DNA of 64,000 nucleotides from Cystobasidiomycetes sp. EMM_F5 (Eukaryota): NCBI GenBank assembly GCA_051047955.1, contig JBPGPT010000036.1, positions 1 to 64,000 of the forward strand, read 5' to 3'. Shown piece by piece: positions 62,792 to 64,000 of this stretch (position 1 is its first letter; each line of letters starts with the position of its first letter). The notes under the pieces were generated by a model. It saw only the letters and a program-made list of their open reading frames with translations, ran no database searches and was not told where the DNA came from. The position numbers and the translations under genes were made by a program.

Positions 62792-64000
62792 ATGATAGGC
62801 GACACGCTGCTCGACTATGTCCACGTCTCTGCGAGCCCGACAGTCCTCTTTGACGACCGGGGCGATATCCTCTACGTCAATACAAGTCTGAGCAGAAACG
62901 ACTGGGGAGCTTCGGCCGTCGAGCAGCTGGCGAGTACAGTCAAGGCGAGTCTGAAGAACCTGCCCCCGAGATGCTCCACGTCGAGAATAAAGAGCGACGT
63001 CGCTCGAACGGGCGAGTTTTATCCAAGTTTGGCGTCAGAGGAAGCATCGAGATATGCGGGCGAAAGCAACAACGACGGCGCTTCGACAGACGATAATAAC
63101 ACTCCCGGTCCATCAGATGTGCTCCAGACGACCCAATGGCGGCTCACGGCGTCTTCGTGCCAGCGAATACTCGCAATCGCACAGGAATCTAAAGAAGAAC
63201 AGTTTCCAGACTACTCGCCGGAAGAAATGCAAACACTAAAGGCGACCGTACCCGTCGTGAATGTCCCTTGGAGAAAGCAGAAGCGCTTCAATGGCCTCGT
63301 GTCGGGCGGAGGAGAGATGGGAGACCTCGTAAGAAACTTTGACTGGTCTAAACATCCCCTCGGCGCTATAGAGACGTGGCCTCAAGCTCGCGTCGAAATG
63401 GTCAGTCTGCTCCTACGTAGTCCAGTACCCATGACTGCATACCAAGAAGCAGATGCGTTTGTCATATACAACGATGCCTATCGTCAAGTCCTCGGTCCAT
63501 CAAAGCACCCGCGCTGTACGTGCAAGTGCGTCTTACGTCTTCTCATAGACCTACTAACGTTGCGTCCCAAAAAGGTTTGGGCCAGCCGGCCCGCTTAGTA
63601 TGGGCCGAGATCTGGGAATTCATAGAAAAGCCACTAGCCGATGCTATGGCGGGTATTCCAACGGAGAGAATCAACGACCAGCTATTCTTTGACCGTTTAC
63701 ATGACGCTCCAAATCCGAATACTATGGAGGAGGTTTACGGCAAGTCAATTCCATGTGGGTTGTCCCGCAAATTGAGCTCATGCAAATCTCCTACATCTCA
63801 GCCACCTGGTTCTATCTGCCATATTGGGGCAACGGGAGATATATCGGTAATATGCATTTACTGTTCGAAGAAGCGGGCAGAATGGCGAGTGCTGCCTTTC
63901 TATCAACTCGAATCATTCACTGACCTCGACACACTTTGCAGAACCCAATCAGCGCCCGCCGAATAGAAACGATAGCCGATCTAAGTGCTCGACTGTCATC
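62792..64000 (+). CDS. PAS-domain N-terminus of a probable hybrid sensor histidine kinase, 3'-partial (start uncertain)
   Basis: GGEMGDLVRNFDWSKHPLGAIETWPQ, IYNDAYRQVLGPSKHP, GQPARLVWAEIW, EEVYATWFYLP. The kinase domain is not within the window. Confidence 0.75.

Noticed and set aside
1..64000. CRISPR arrays, tRNA or rRNA genes, or additional Fanzor/omegaRNA copies
   Set aside because: None recognised by eye; a tRNAscan/Infernal run and self-BLAST would be needed to exclude them formally.

Overview
Gene-dense, intron-rich fungal nuclear DNA. It is a basidiomycete, and the fatty acid synthase architecture suggests Pucciniomycotina (inference). The most notable feature is at the left edge: a spliced, apparently catalytically intact Fanzor (eukaryotic TnpB/Cas12-like RNA-guided nuclease) gene at <2..2654. 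The ORF track breaks it into pieces because of two short introns. Splicing restores RuvC-I (IAGNDLG), the Fanzor-type relocated RuvC-II Glu (VLVNEAFSSQVC), a CxxxxC/CxxC zinc ribbon and RuvC-III (HRDASAAMNI). A nested stem-loop directly after the stop codon is a candidate omegaRNA scaffold. The rest of the window holds housekeeping genes: HINT3-like, THUMP/Tan1, RAI1, GNAT, a DH-MPT-ACP-KR-KS-PPT fatty acid synthase subunit, NMT1, UTP5, ALG3, MET22, NTH1, RPS30, GAA1, IMPACT-like and a PAS sensor kinase. There are also two locally expanded families: six 8-Cys secreted/GPI-type genes plus a relic, and four intronless F-box-like genes, two of which have C-terminal lesions. An unidentified structured RNA candidate lies at ~44.15-44.41 kb, and RPS30 has a structured intron. 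All gene models and RNA pairings were derived by eye; no database searches or folding programs were run.
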